The notes beneath the pieces were generated by a model. It had not been told where the DNA came from. It made no database searches and was given only the letters and a program-made list of their open reading frames with translations. Shown here piece by piece: positions 22,701-33,276 of a DNA stretch of 64,000 bases. The number at the start of each line of letters is the position of its first letter. Position 1 is the stretch's first letter. The DNA is taken from positions 53,227 through 117,226 of the forward strand of contig JBJLIB010000012.1 in assembly GCA_045564015.1 (NCBI GenBank), read 5' to 3'. The DNA is from Gammaproteobacteria bacterium (GTDB lineage: Bacteria; Pseudomonadota; Gammaproteobacteria; Magnimaribacterales; D2472). A program made the position numbers and the translations under genes.

Positions 22701-24259
22701 AACTGTTGTCTAAAATAGTCATATATAGATCTCGGCATTGAGCTTAACATTGCTAAAGCAGTGTCATCGCCCATTGAGCCTGTGCCCTCAAGACCATCGA
22801 GTGCAAGAGGTTTTATTACAGAGACTCTTTCTTCATTAAATAAAGAAAAAAGTTTTGATGACTTGATAAATTCAGAATGTGGAATTTTCTTTATGCCCGG
22901 ACCCTCAAATGCATCAAGAGTGGATTCAAGATAAATCGCAGATTTTTTTAACCAATCCCTATAAGGTTTACCCTGTTTAAGTTGGTCATCAATAATCTTT
23001 TGATCTAAGATTTCTCCAGATTCAGTATTTACTGCAAAAATTCCACCAGGACTAAGACGTCCTTTTTGCAGAATCTCCTCATCAGCAACGGGATAAATGC
23101 CAGTTTCAGAGGCTACGGTAATCATTCCATTGGATAACACTTGGTATCTCGCAGGCCGCAATCCATTTCTGTCCAAAACGCAGATTGCCCACTCTCCATC
23201 TGACATGACAATTCCAGCAGGACCATCCCAAGCTTCCATGTGCATTGAATTATATTCATGGAAAGCTCTAACTTCAGGATCCATTGTATGAATGTTTTGC
23301 CAAGCGGGCGGCAAGACCATTCGAATAGATCTAAAGAAATTAATCCCGCCCTTCACTAACAATTCAATCATGTTATCCAGAGCTGATGAATCAGATCCTG
23401 TTTCATTAACGAGAGATTTGAACTGACTGATGCCTGGAATAAGGGGAGTGGAAAATTTAGAGGCTCGAGCTTTAACCCAATTTCTATTTCCTCTGATTGC
23501 ATTGATTTCACCATTGTGCGCAAGAAGCCTAAAAGGTTGGGCTAAATGCCATCTTGGCTGAGTATTTGTAGAGAATCGTTGATGAAATAAACAAACCTTG
23601 GCAGTAAATGATTTTTTAGCAATATCTTTATAAAAATTACTTATTGCATCCGGCAGCATCAAGCCTTTGTAAACAATTGTTTGGCTCGACATGCTGCAGA
23701 TGTATAGCTTTTCATCATTGTTATGCAATTCTTCAATCTTCTTTCTAGCCTGCAGAAGACAGGATTCAAATCTTTCCTTGTTAAAATCTTTTGAAATGGG
23801 CGTTATAAATATCTGATTAATTTTTGGCAATGATTCAAGCGCTATTTCTCCAAGAACAGATGTGTTGATGGGTACCTCTCTAACGCACTCAAAAACTAGA
23901 TTTTCAGATTGAAGAATTTCTTTGATTGCTGGCAAGTCTTTTTTTAGTGCAGCCGATGAAAAAATTTGGGCAATACCAAATAATTCAGGCAATTTGATCT
24001 TTAGCTCTTTTCTGAGTTGCTTTTGAAAAAAGGTTTGGTTTAAATCAAACAAAAGACCGCAACCGTCTCCAGTTTTGCCATCAGCTCCGATTGCTCCTCT
24101 GTGTGTCATACTCGTTAGACCAGCAATAGAACGTTTTACAACATCTCTATTTTGAGTTCCATGTCGGTTAACTATGAGCCCAAAGCCACAATTATCCTTA
24201 GCTTGAGATTCGTGATATAGCGATATATTTGTATTTTGTTGCGGCATTAAGTTATACAT
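19799..24259 (-). CDS. gltB: Glutamate synthase large subunit (start may be ATG 24247)
   Basis: DNCGFG amidotransferase N-terminus, HQRFSTNT, AQGAKPGEGGQLPG, CKYLRICHLNNCATG 3Fe-4S motif, GXGXG C-terminal domain. Confidence 0.98.
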   Translation of the reverse strand: MYNLMPQQNTNISLYHESQAKDNCGFGLIVNRHGTQNRDVVKRSIAGLTSMTHRGAIGADGKTGDGCGLLFDLNQTFFQKQLRKELKIKLPELFGIAQIFSSAALKKDLPAIKEILQSENLVFECVREVPINTSVLGEIALESLPKINQIFITPISKDFNKERFESCLLQARKKIEELHNNDEKLYICSMSSQTIVYKGLMLPDAISNFYKDIAKKSFTAKVCLFHQRFSTNTQPRWHLAQPFRLLAHNGEINAIRGNRNWVKARASKFSTPLIPGISQFKSLVNETGSDSSALDNMIELLVKGGINFFRSIRMVLPPAWQNIHTMDPEVRAFHEYNSMHMEAWDGPAGIVMSDGEWAICVLDRNGLRPARYQVLSNGMITVASETGIYPVADEEILQKGRLSPGGIFAVNTESGEILDQKIIDDQLKQGKPYRDWLKKSAIYLESTLDAFEGPGIKKIPHSEFIKSSKLFSLFNEERVSVIKPLALDGLEGTGSMGDDTALAMLSSMPRSIYDYFRQQFAQVTNPPIDSLRESSVMSLEACFGPELNIFEESKDHARRIVSTSPVLSHKKLSALLKNPYFSSKNFDLQYSPKSNLKDALNTLTKKVVSAVRKGEIIIHLNEKLPDGNKLSINALLAVGCIHQELVRLGLRSDANLIVSSATARDTHQIACLLSFGATAVFPWLAFQTILDLTHRKELKGSPTANCAKYRKGINKGLLKIISKIGISTISSYRGSQLHEIVGLSSDIVDLSFTNTVSRVGGKTFEDLDIEMRSLNKYANSNVSEIGLGGLLKFVHGGEYHTYNPEVVKKLQEAVSTGSNKVYREYADLVNHRDPAMLRDLMKLHFPSKPKKVKPYDTKHLLKKFDSAGMSLGALSPDAHETLAEAMNSMGARSNSGEGGEAKERYGTSKMSKIKQVASGRFGVTPEYLVNAEVLQIKIAQGAKPGEGGQLPGGKVNALIAKLRYSTPGITLISPPPHHDIYSIEDLAQLIFDLKQVNPKALVSVKLVSEPGVGTIAAGVAKAYADLITISGHDGGTGASPLSSIRYAGSPWELGLSEAHQALRASNLRHKVRLQADGGLKTGLDVVKAAILGAESFGFGTGPMIAMGCKYLRICHLNNCATGVATQRRDIIDHHYIGEKERVINYFTFIANEVQEILLKLGVPNLESIIGQTQYLKDITQENPSTENIDLSPILYSDKKSTAPHYCNTSSNDPWDKGNLNAKILQDVRSSISKEHSSDFSYDISNRDRSVGAQASGLIASLYGEKGLKQKQNLNFTGSAGQSFGVWNAAGLNLKLNGDANDYVGKGMNGGKIVISSSAEYASQDSPTVLVGNTALYGATGGELYVGGCVGERFAVRNSGASAVIEGAGDHCCEYMTGGHVTVLGNVGSNFGAGMTGGFAYVLDTNRRFFDQCNRSLINLDRIVSEEMESHRKFLKQILARHIKETKSERAKLILDEFDRYEPSFWLVSPAALNIQDLLKATTANAA

Positions 24260-24293
24260 ATTAACACAATAATGTCATACTATGTCATACATA
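24251..24293. repeat. Direct repeats in the gltB/gltD divergent region: ATGTCATAC at 24272-24280 and 24282-24290, plus a degenerate GTTATACATA at 24251-24260 (cf. GTCATACATA 24284-24293)
   Basis: Read directly from gttatacata ttaacacaat aatgtcatac tatgtcatac ata; 10-bp period. Confidence 0.8.
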
Positions 24294-24307
24294 CCACGCA
24301 GAACTAA

Positions 24308-25984
<1,677 letters not shown>

Positions 25985-27016
25985 ATGAAAAATTCTAAAT
26001 TTATAAAGGCGCTTAACCTTCAAGATAACTCAATTCCACCAGTATGGTTTATGCGACAAGCAGGCAGGTACCTGCCGGAATATCAAGAAATTAGAAAAAA
26101 TTACACCAATTTTTTAGATATGTGCAAACAGCCTAAAACATGCGCAGAACTTGCATTGCAACCAATTGATCGCTTTGATTTAGATGCATCAATCCTCTTC
26201 TCAGATATTTTAACTATTCCTGATGCTCTAAATCTTGGTTTGTCATTTCATGAGGGAGAAGGTCCTAAATTCAGCAATCCCATTTCGTCACCTCAAGATA
26301 TTAAAAGATTAACTCGATTTGACGTCAATTCTCTCGATTATGTTTTTAAGGCAGTGGAAGAAACCAAAAAACTTTTGCCGAATAACCTTCCTTTAATTGG
26401 ATTCTGCGGGAGCCCATGGACACTAGCTGCATATTCAATTGAAGGCGGAGGTTCGAAAGATTTTAATAAAACAAAAAGTTTCATGAAAGAACATCCAAAA
26501 GAGCTGCATGAGTTTTTGGAAATTCTCAGCAATGCTTGTTACGAATATTTAAGACAGCAAGTTTTGAGTGGAGTAAATGCACTGCAGATTTTTGATTCAT
26601 GGGCAGATTTATTGTTAGAGAATGAGTTAGAAAAATTTTCGTTGCAATATACTCAAAAGCTTACCAGCCTTCTCAAAGCCGACCCAGTTACATCAAATAT
26701 TCCTATCATTTTGTTTGAAAAAGCTCCAAAGATAAAAATTGATGACTTGGTTTTTGCAGATATTTCTTGCGTGAGCCTATATTGGCAAGAGGATATTGAT
26801 AGGGTTGCTAGAAAATTAAAAAATCAATATGCAATTCAAGGAAATCTTGATCCAAAAGTGTTACTTGAATCTGATGAATTGATCTGGAATGAAACACAAA
26901 AAATTTGCAGTATCATGAGTGAATACCCAGGATTTATTTTCAATCTTGGTCATGGCATTACACCTGACATTAACCCAAGCAAGGTGAAGGTTATGATTGA
27001 TGCAATAAGGCAATAG
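25985..27016 (+). CDS. hemE: Uroporphyrinogen decarboxylase
   Basis: PVWFMRQAGRYLPEY, ILFSDIL, GSPWTLAAY, QIFDSW, FNLGHGI; ATG directly after the gltD stop. Confidence 0.97.
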   Translation: MKNSKFIKALNLQDNSIPPVWFMRQAGRYLPEYQEIRKNYTNFLDMCKQPKTCAELALQPIDRFDLDASILFSDILTIPDALNLGLSFHEGEGPKFSNPISSPQDIKRLTRFDVNSLDYVFKAVEETKKLLPNNLPLIGFCGSPWTLAAYSIEGGGSKDFNKTKSFMKEHPKELHEFLEILSNACYEYLRQQVLSGVNALQIFDSWADLLLENELEKFSLQYTQKLTSLLKADPVTSNIPIILFEKAPKIKIDDLVFADISCVSLYWQEDIDRVARKLKNQYAIQGNLDPKVLLESDELIWNETQKICSIMSEYPGFIFNLGHGITPDINPSKVKVMIDAIRQ

Positions 27017-27068
27017 ATCCTTAAAATTTAACTTTATAGTAAAAAAAATATTTCATTCTATATTCCTT

Positions 27069-27083
27069 TGGTATGATTAATTT
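27069..27083 (+). promoter_or_regulatory. Putative extended -10 (TGg TATGAT) 6 nt before the psiE ATG; leaderless type
   Basis: tgg TATGAT taattt ATG; no SD sequence. Confidence 0.5.
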
Positions 27084-27512
27084 ATGAATGACACGCAATC
27101 AAAACTTACAAAAAGTTTGCACTGGACAACCATTGCAAGTGAAAAATTACTTTTAGCTATTATTGGAATAGCTACCTGCATTGCATCTGCTTTGTATATT
27201 TTTGACATGGTCTTGGCGCAAGAAATTACTCTGCCAGATTTATTTATGCTGTTTATATATGCAGAAATTATTGGAATGGTGGGAGCTTTTTATAGCACCA
27301 ATAGAATTCCTGTTACTCTTCCAATCATTATTGCAATTACAGCTTTATGCAGATTAATTGTTATGCAGAGCAAAGAAATGGGTGCTTTGATTGTTCTAGG
27401 TGAAGCTGGCGCTATATTAATATTATCTATAGCTGCAATAATTATGAGTTTTAAAGATAAGGTTAGCTTAGAAAAAATCAAAGAACTTAGAGATTCAGTC
27501 TCTTCAGAGTAA
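27084..27512 (+). CDS. psiE: Phosphate-starvation-inducible PsiE family membrane protein
   Basis: Four TM segments, DLFMLFIYAEIIGMV, RIPVTLPIIIAITALCRLI. Confidence 0.8.
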   Translation: MNDTQSKLTKSLHWTTIASEKLLLAIIGIATCIASALYIFDMVLAQEITLPDLFMLFIYAEIIGMVGAFYSTNRIPVTLPIIIAITALCRLIVMQSKEMGALIVLGEAGAILILSIAAIIMSFKDKVSLEKIKELRDSVSSE

Positions 27513-27565
27513 GCCTGGCCAAGAGAACTGTAATCTTTATCCTTTTAAATTATCGCAAATAATTA

Positions 27566-27856
27566 ATGCAGGCCTATACCTTTAATCAGCGAGTTGAGAA
27601 TCTGTATAAATCTTATTTTTCAACATACGAAAATATCAGCATTATATTAGATGAAGACCAGATTAAAATTTATTTAATAGATGAGCAAAATCTAGATTCA
27701 GCTTCTTTGGAATTAAAAAAATTTAAACAATATGATCAAATAACTTTTTGGGATGGGTATTCTCAGTCTGAGGTCATTGAAACAACCAGTGAAAGGGAAT
27801 CTGCAAAAACATTAAAACGTTTTATGAAAAAAATTCTTAAAATTCTTAATCGATAA
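27566..27856 (+). CDS. Hypothetical protein (96 aa)
   Basis: Open frame filling the space, ordinary composition, stop abuts the next ATG; no family recognised. Confidence 0.6.
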   Translation: MQAYTFNQRVENLYKSYFSTYENISIILDEDQIKIYLIDEQNLDSASLELKKFKQYDQITFWDGYSQSEVIETTSERESAKTLKRFMKKILKILNR

Positions 27857-28033
27857 ATGAAAAATTTAATAAAAAAAACATTTCGAAAATTATTAAAAGA
27901 AAGCCCAAGCAAACTTTCAACCAAGGCTTTGGATCGGGCTAGCAAAATGGAAAAACCCAGAGCAGGAACTCCTCACGATTGGGAAGACTATGAGAAATAT
28001 CTAAAAGAGTTTGAAAAGAATGCTAAGGATTAA
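27857..28033 (+). CDS. Small hypothetical protein, 58 aa, below the ORF-track cutoff
   Basis: ATG directly follows the TAA of the upstream ORF. MKNLIKKTFRKLLKESPSKLSTKALDRASKMEKPRAGTPHDWEDYEKYLKEFEKNAKD; its stop is 1 nt from the convergent gene's stop. Confidence 0.65.
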   Translation: MKNLIKKTFRKLLKESPSKLSTKALDRASKMEKPRAGTPHDWEDYEKYLKEFEKNAKD

Positions 28034-28034
28034 A

Positions 28035-28547
28035 TTAATTAGAAATCAAGCTAATCTCTTTAATTGCTAGATCTACTTTAAAGTCTCTTCCGAATCCTGC
28101 AATACTCAAATCTCTAATATTTTTTGCCTTCATTGGTGCGGCTGAGAATCCAGAACTTCTCTTCAAATCTTTAAAAAATATTTCGTACTCTTGCCAATCA
28201 TCATTTACATCAAATCCTTGACTGAAATATGACCATGGAGGAATTTTTAAACCCTTCAGAGTTACATGAATTTCGTAAGTTTCATTATTACCTTTGGCTT
28301 TGAACTTGATGCCCTTGAAATCATTGCTATTAATATTGATTCTATTTGAAAGTCTCACAAAGCCACCATTGTTATCGGTTGAAACATTGCCGCTCATATA
28401 AAATACTCCATCAGCATGTCTGATAGCTAAATTAGATACTCCACCCATAACCTGATCAGTAACTCCTTGCCAGGCTTGAGGCTCATCTAAGGGCATCGCA
28501 TGGGTATTCATTGAAAATAATATTAAAAGAATTAAAGCTCGCTTCAT
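28035..28547 (-). CDS. CIA30-family protein with signal peptide
   Basis: W..VTDQVMGGVS, SGNVSTDNNGGFV, W...EIFFKDL motifs; AGGTG 6 nt upstream of ATG 28547. Confidence 0.85.
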   Translation of the reverse strand: MKRALILLILFSMNTHAMPLDEPQAWQGVTDQVMGGVSNLAIRHADGVFYMSGNVSTDNNGGFVRLSNRININSNDFKGIKFKAKGNNETYEIHVTLKGLKIPPWSYFSQGFDVNDDWQEYEIFFKDLKRSSGFSAAPMKAKNIRDLSIAGFGRDFKVDLAIKEISLISN

Positions 28548-28603
28548 GCTCATCACCTAAAAAATAATTAAGTAACTACTAGCTTAATTGATCTGTACAT
28601 AAT

Positions 28604-29791
28604 TTATAGAGGTCCTTCAAAGTTTATTCCTACTCTCTTAAGTCTTGCGATCAACGATTCACCTAAACCAGAGGCGCTTGTAAGAATGCCACCATATTCG
28701 CCTCCACCGGGCAGCGTGTCCTGATCTTCAATTAAACATAGTGCGCATTCAGAAACTAATTTTGAAGTAACTTTATATCCTGGATCTCCTTTTCCATTCA
28801 TATTAAAAACTGATTTAGTGCCATCATTTGCTTCAACAATAAATTTACAATCAAACCATCCATTCTCTTGGACAGTCTCAGACGGCCCCTCTCCAGGCTT
28901 TGGCAAGAAAGGCTTTACCAATCTCTTCAAGGGAGACAGAAGTATTAAAACTGAGAGTCCAGTTAAGACAAGTGATTTTGCGGCACTCCACCAACTCTTG
29001 TGAAAGGCATGTTCTTGATAAGTAAAATCAGGGCCATAAGATTCCTGCCTTAATGCAAGTAATGCCTCCGTTCTTCTTACGACTCTAGTGTTTGCAGTGG
29101 CCATGATAAAAGGCCCAGACCATGCATTAATTTCAGATTTTTTTGCAATGCCTACTCTGTCACTGCTCAGTTGCATTTGCTCATCAGAGTAAGAGTCTTC
29201 TGGATTGAGTAAAAATGGATTTGTGAGATCATCACCAAGATCTAATTCTCCCATTGAGAACATTGTCTCAAGAGTTCCTCCTGATGCGCCTCCCTCATAA
29301 GAATGAAATGATTCAATTCTTTTAATTGGTTTACCAATAGCTTGAGCTGAAAAAAATGCTCCTAAATCAGATGGTATGGAATCAAATCCACATGAAGGAA
29401 TAATTCTGATACCTTTTGCTGATGCCTCTGCATGATGCTTCTCTATTAAACCCTTAACCCAAAAGTTTTCACCAGTAATATCTACATAATGAGCATGATT
29501 CTTGATACAAGATGCTACCAATTTAGATCCATATCTATGAAAAGGTCCGGTTGTCGATAAAATCACCCTTGCTCTTGAAGTTAAGTTATCTAAAGCACTT
29601 TCATCATCTGAATCAGCTAATAAAATTTCTACTTTTGCTTGATGATCATCAGCAACCTTTTGCAGCTTTATTAAGTTTCTTCCAGCCATTGCCCAGGTGA
29701 CTGTTGTATTTATTGATTGAAAATATTTAACACAAAGTTTTCCAGTAAACCCGGTGGCCCCATAAATGATAATGTCTATATCTTTTTCCAT
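28604..29791 (-). CDS. Saccharopine dehydrogenase-like oxidoreductase (SCCPDH / trans-acting enoyl reductase type)
   Basis: IIYGATGFTG, AMAGRN, TTGPF..YG, HYVDITGE, SCGFDSIPSDLG, SGGT, GDPGY. Confidence 0.85.
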   Translation of the reverse strand: MEKDIDIIIYGATGFTGKLCVKYFQSINTTVTWAMAGRNLIKLQKVADDHQAKVEILLADSDDESALDNLTSRARVILSTTGPFHRYGSKLVASCIKNHAHYVDITGENFWVKGLIEKHHAEASAKGIRIIPSCGFDSIPSDLGAFFSAQAIGKPIKRIESFHSYEGGASGGTLETMFSMGELDLGDDLTNPFLLNPEDSYSDEQMQLSSDRVGIAKKSEINAWSGPFIMATANTRVVRRTEALLALRQESYGPDFTYQEHAFHKSWWSAAKSLVLTGLSVLILLSPLKRLVKPFLPKPGEGPSETVQENGWFDCKFIVEANDGTKSVFNMNGKGDPGYKVTSKLVSECALCLIEDQDTLPGGGEYGGILTSASGLGESLIARLKRVGINFEGPL

Positions 29792-29853
29792 AATAAAAAA
29801 TTGTTGAGTTATTTATTACCTGATAATAAAGTGAATAAGGTTTGGAGTAAATT

Positions 29854-31053
29854 ATGAAAATACTTGCAATAGGCGGTTGTGGAAGCATGGGTCGTTATGC
29901 CATGAGAGCCATACAAAACTTTAGCGCTATTGAAGAAATCATCATCGCCGATATAAATAAGGAGACTGCCGAAGTTTTTGCGGATAGTTTAAATCACAAA
30001 GTTTCTGCCATTCGGCTTGATGTCAATGATGCTAGTGCGCTTAAACAAGCCATGGAACATATTAATATTGTGGTAAATACATGTGGCCCCTATTTTAAGT
30101 TTGGAGCTCCAATCCTTTCAGCAGCAATATCTTCAGGTTGTAACTACATTGATATTTGTGACGATTGGGAACCAACGATCGATATGATGAAGCTTGATGC
30201 GAAAGCTAAATCCGCTGGCGTGTCAGCTACGATTGGATTGGGTGCAAGCCCTGGACTAACGAATTTGATGGCGCTCATTGCTATACGCGAATTAGATGAA
30301 GTAACTAAGGTCTATACAGGGTGGGATATTGGTGGAACCTCACTAGATGAAAATGCAATGCAACAATCTGAAAATGCAGCCATGATGCATGGAGTTGAAC
30401 AGATGACGGGGCGAGTTAAAGTATTCCAAGACGGAGACTTTAAAATGGTCAGACCCCTTAAGAAAATTTACGTCAAATATCCAGGATTAACTAATTTTAA
30501 TGGGAATATATTTGGCCATCCTGAGGCAGTAACTTTCCCACATTATTTTCCTAAACTACAAGACTCAATCAATCTCGCTCATGGGGGTCATGCTGACTTT
30601 TTCATCCTCAAATTTATCATGAGTTTAGTAAACTTGAGATTGCTCAGCAAGGAAAAGGCAGCGCATTTATTTTCCTTTCTAGAAGGCGAGCAATCGAGTC
30701 AAAAGAGACATAAAGGCGTTGATTATCCTCCAGTGATGTATGGTTTTGCTCATGGCATCAAAAATGGAATGCCTGCAAGTGTGGGAGTTTGCATACCAAG
30801 TGATACAGAAGACTCAGATATGAATGAACAAATTAAAAATATAGGCATGGGAGAGATTACTGGCATTCCATTGGCTTGTGGTATTAAGATGCTGGCAGAG
30901 GGTCGAATAAATGAAGTTGGAGTATTAGCACCTGAAGCTGGTCACATAGAACCCAATGGATTCATAAGCGATGTTTTTGAAGAAATATCAAAGACACTAG
31001 GATTGCCAAGTGATAGTCTTAGCGACTCTATACAGATTACCCGCTCATGGTAA
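29854..31053 (+). CDS. Saccharopine dehydrogenase NAD(P)-binding family oxidoreductase
   Basis: IGGCGSMG, VVNTCGPY, YIDICDDW, GLGASPGLTN, GHPEAVT, GVLAPE; GGAG RBS. Confidence 0.82.
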   Translation: MKILAIGGCGSMGRYAMRAIQNFSAIEEIIIADINKETAEVFADSLNHKVSAIRLDVNDASALKQAMEHINIVVNTCGPYFKFGAPILSAAISSGCNYIDICDDWEPTIDMMKLDAKAKSAGVSATIGLGASPGLTNLMALIAIRELDEVTKVYTGWDIGGTSLDENAMQQSENAAMMHGVEQMTGRVKVFQDGDFKMVRPLKKIYVKYPGLTNFNGNIFGHPEAVTFPHYFPKLQDSINLAHGGHADFFILKFIMSLVNLRLLSKEKAAHLFSFLEGEQSSQKRHKGVDYPPVMYGFAHGIKNGMPASVGVCIPSDTEDSDMNEQIKNIGMGEITGIPLACGIKMLAEGRINEVGVLAPEAGHIEPNGFISDVFEEISKTLGLPSDSLSDSIQITRSW

Positions 31054-31138
31054 TTCTTTGAACATACTTTGAGTCAAGTATTACACCAACTTAAACTAAA
31101 AATTTGTTAGGATTGCTATTAAATAAATAGGGCTTCTT

Positions 31139-32557
31139 ATGAATGACAAATTAAATTTCTATATAAACGGTCAATGGGTTGAATCAGATTCAAAGGAAAG
31201 AATTGAGATTATCAATCCTGCAAATGAAGAGCTCATAGGGCATGTTACTTCTGGAACAAAAGAGGATATCAATAAAGCAGTATCAGCAGCATCTGATGCC
31301 TTTCAAACATATCAATTTAGCTCAAAAGAAGATCGCATCGAGATCTTAAATAATATTATTACCGAATATGAAAATCGCTACGATGATTTAGTCCAAGTTA
31401 TTACAGAAGAAATGGGTGCTCCTACCTGGTTATCACAAAAAGCCCAAGCATCAACAGGAATTAAAAATTTACATGAAACTTTGGATGCTCTAAAAGAATA
31501 TGAATTTGAAAAAAAAGAGGGTGACTACACATTAATAAGAGAGCCTATTGGTGTTATTGGAATGATAACCCCATGGAATTGGCCCATGAATCAAATTACT
31601 ACCAAAGCATCAGCTGCTCTTGCGGCTGGATGTTCTATGGTGTTGAAGCCTAGTGAAATTTCTCCATATTGTGCACTCCTGCTTGCCGAGATATTTGACA
31701 AAGCCGGAGTGCCAGCAGGTGTGTTTAATGTAGTGAATGGGTATGGTCCGATTGTAGGAGCTGCCTTATCAGACCATCCAGATGTTGCCATGATGTCTTT
31801 TACAGGATCAACCGAAGCTGGAATTGCAGTAGCGCAAGCATCTGCTGTTTCTGTGAAAAGAGTGCATCAAGAGCTTGGGGGCAAATCCTCAAATATTATT
31901 CTGGATGATGTTGCGGATCTTGAGAAATCTGTGAAAGGTGGTGCCGGGCATTGCTTCTTAAACTCAGGACAGTCATGTAATGCGCCAACAAAAATGTTGG
32001 TTTCTGAGAAAAATTATGAGAAAGCTGTCGAAGTTGCTGCTCAAACTGCAAATAGTACAACTGTTGGTGATCCACAGGGAGAATTTAGAATTGGCCCTAT
32101 TGCGAACAAACCTCAGTATGAAAAGATCCTTAGAATGATCAAAATAGGCATTGAGGAAGGGGCAACCTTGGTTGCTGGTGGCATTGAAAAGCCTGAGGGT
32201 TATGAAAAAGGGTACTATGTAAAACCAACTGTGTTTGCAAATGTCACCAATGACATGACCATTGCAAGAGAGGAAATTTTTGGTCCAGTCTTATCAATTC
32301 TAAAATATGATTCAGAAGAGCAAGCGATCGAGATGGCCAATGATACTGAATATGGGTTAGCTGGCTACGTTCAAGGTGAGCCTGCTCATGCTAATCAAGT
32401 TGCAAGAAAGATTAGAGCTGGACAAGTTATTATTAATGGAGGTGCGAGGGGAACAGGAGCGCCTTTTGGAGGTTATAAATCTTCTGGTAATGGCAGAGAG
32501 CACGGCCTTCATGGCTTAGAGGAATGCCTGGAGACCAAAGCAGTGATCATGCCATGA
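31139..32557 (+). CDS. Aldehyde dehydrogenase
   Basis: ITPWNWP, LKPSE, SFTGS, QELGGKS, NSGQSC, EEIFGPV, PFGGYKSSGNGRE. Confidence 0.95.
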   Translation: MNDKLNFYINGQWVESDSKERIEIINPANEELIGHVTSGTKEDINKAVSAASDAFQTYQFSSKEDRIEILNNIITEYENRYDDLVQVITEEMGAPTWLSQKAQASTGIKNLHETLDALKEYEFEKKEGDYTLIREPIGVIGMITPWNWPMNQITTKASAALAAGCSMVLKPSEISPYCALLLAEIFDKAGVPAGVFNVVNGYGPIVGAALSDHPDVAMMSFTGSTEAGIAVAQASAVSVKRVHQELGGKSSNIILDDVADLEKSVKGGAGHCFLNSGQSCNAPTKMLVSEKNYEKAVEVAAQTANSTTVGDPQGEFRIGPIANKPQYEKILRMIKIGIEEGATLVAGGIEKPEGYEKGYYVKPTVFANVTNDMTIAREEIFGPVLSILKYDSEEQAIEMANDTEYGLAGYVQGEPAHANQVARKIRAGQVIINGGARGTGAPFGGYKSSGNGREHGLHGLEECLETKAVIMP

Positions 32558-32596
32558 ACGCAAACTTTTTAAATCTTTAGGCATCATCCTAGTTCT

Positions 32597-32611
32597 TGGT
32601 ATCATAGAAAA
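32597..32611 (+). promoter_or_regulatory. Putative extended -10 (TGg TATCAT) 6 nt before the ATG; leaderless type
   Basis: tgg TATCAT agaaaa ATG; no SD sequence. Confidence 0.5.
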
Positions 32612-33085
32612 ATGAATATTAAATTTTTTAGTCAAATATTTTTTATATTTTCAATTGCATTCAGCGCTTTTGAAATTCAAAGTCAGGAGATAAATAACAA
32701 ATTTTCACTTTTAGTTCACAAAACCCCAACTTGTGGGTGCTGCAAGAAATGGATCAAGCACCTTGAAAGCAACGGTTTTGCTCCAGCTACAAAAGACCAT
32801 CAAAGCCTGGTGGAGATCAAAGGAAAATTTAATATTAAGCCAGAATATAGATCATGTCATACCGCGGTATCTGAAGATGGCTATATTTTTGAGGGGCATG
32901 TCCCAAGCAAATATATTGCTCAATTTCTCTCTGAGAAAAATACTAACGCCATTGGATTGTCAGTACCTGGTATGCCTATAGGATCCCCTGGAATGGAAGT
33001 CGGAGATCGATTTATGCCATACAAAGTTTTAATCCTCTTTAAGGATGGAACAAGCGAAGTGTACGCTGAAATAAACCAAAAATAA
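32612..33085 (+). CDS. DUF411 / CopG-like exported metal-binding protein
   Basis: Signal peptide, TPTCGCCKKW, SCHTA, EGHVP, VPGMPIGSPGME. Confidence 0.88.
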   Translation: MNIKFFSQIFFIFSIAFSAFEIQSQEINNKFSLLVHKTPTCGCCKKWIKHLESNGFAPATKDHQSLVEIKGKFNIKPEYRSCHTAVSEDGYIFEGHVPSKYIAQFLSEKNTNAIGLSVPGMPIGSPGMEVGDRFMPYKVLILFKDGTSEVYAEINQK

Positions 33086-33100
33086 TTTTGCTATTAGGAA

Positions 33101-33177
33101 TGGTGGGCCCGGGAGGACTCGAACCTCCGACCAATGGATTATGAGTCCACTGCTCTAACCAACTGAGCTACAGGCCC
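33101..33177 (-). tRNA. ileX: tRNA-Ile2 (anticodon CAU, lysidine-modified) with encoded CCA
   Basis: Reverse complement is GGGCCTGTAGCTCAGTTGGTTAGAGCAGTGGACTCATAATCCATTGGTCGGAGGTTCGAGTCCTCCCGGGCCCACCA: cloverleaf, CAT anticodon, G1:C72 pair, C4:G69 and C5:G68 (TilS determinants); lies near rpoD like E. coli ileX. Confidence 0.9.
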
Positions 33178-33197
33178 AAAAACATATATGTTTTAGA

Positions 33198-33233
33198 GCG
33201 AGTCATTATATAAGAATAAATCACTTAGGGAAG
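33198..33233 (-). promoter_or_regulatory. Putative sigma70 promoter of the tRNA
   Basis: Minus strand TTCCCT-16 nt-TATAAT (33205-33210) followed by GACTCGC; the -35 is weak. Confidence 0.45.
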
Positions 33234-33276
33234 TATTAGTAATGTTTCAGGTTTTATCATGAGTTATTATTCATAA

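Noticed and set aside
27763-27945. 60-aa minus-strand ORF
   Set aside because: Overlaps two better-packed plus-strand ORFs (27566-27856 and 27857-28033).
33101-33177. tRNA-Met (initiator or elongator) from the CAT anticodon
   Set aside because: Paired G1:C72 and no three consecutive G:C anticodon-stem pairs exclude fMet; acceptor-stem features resemble Ile2 (ileX).
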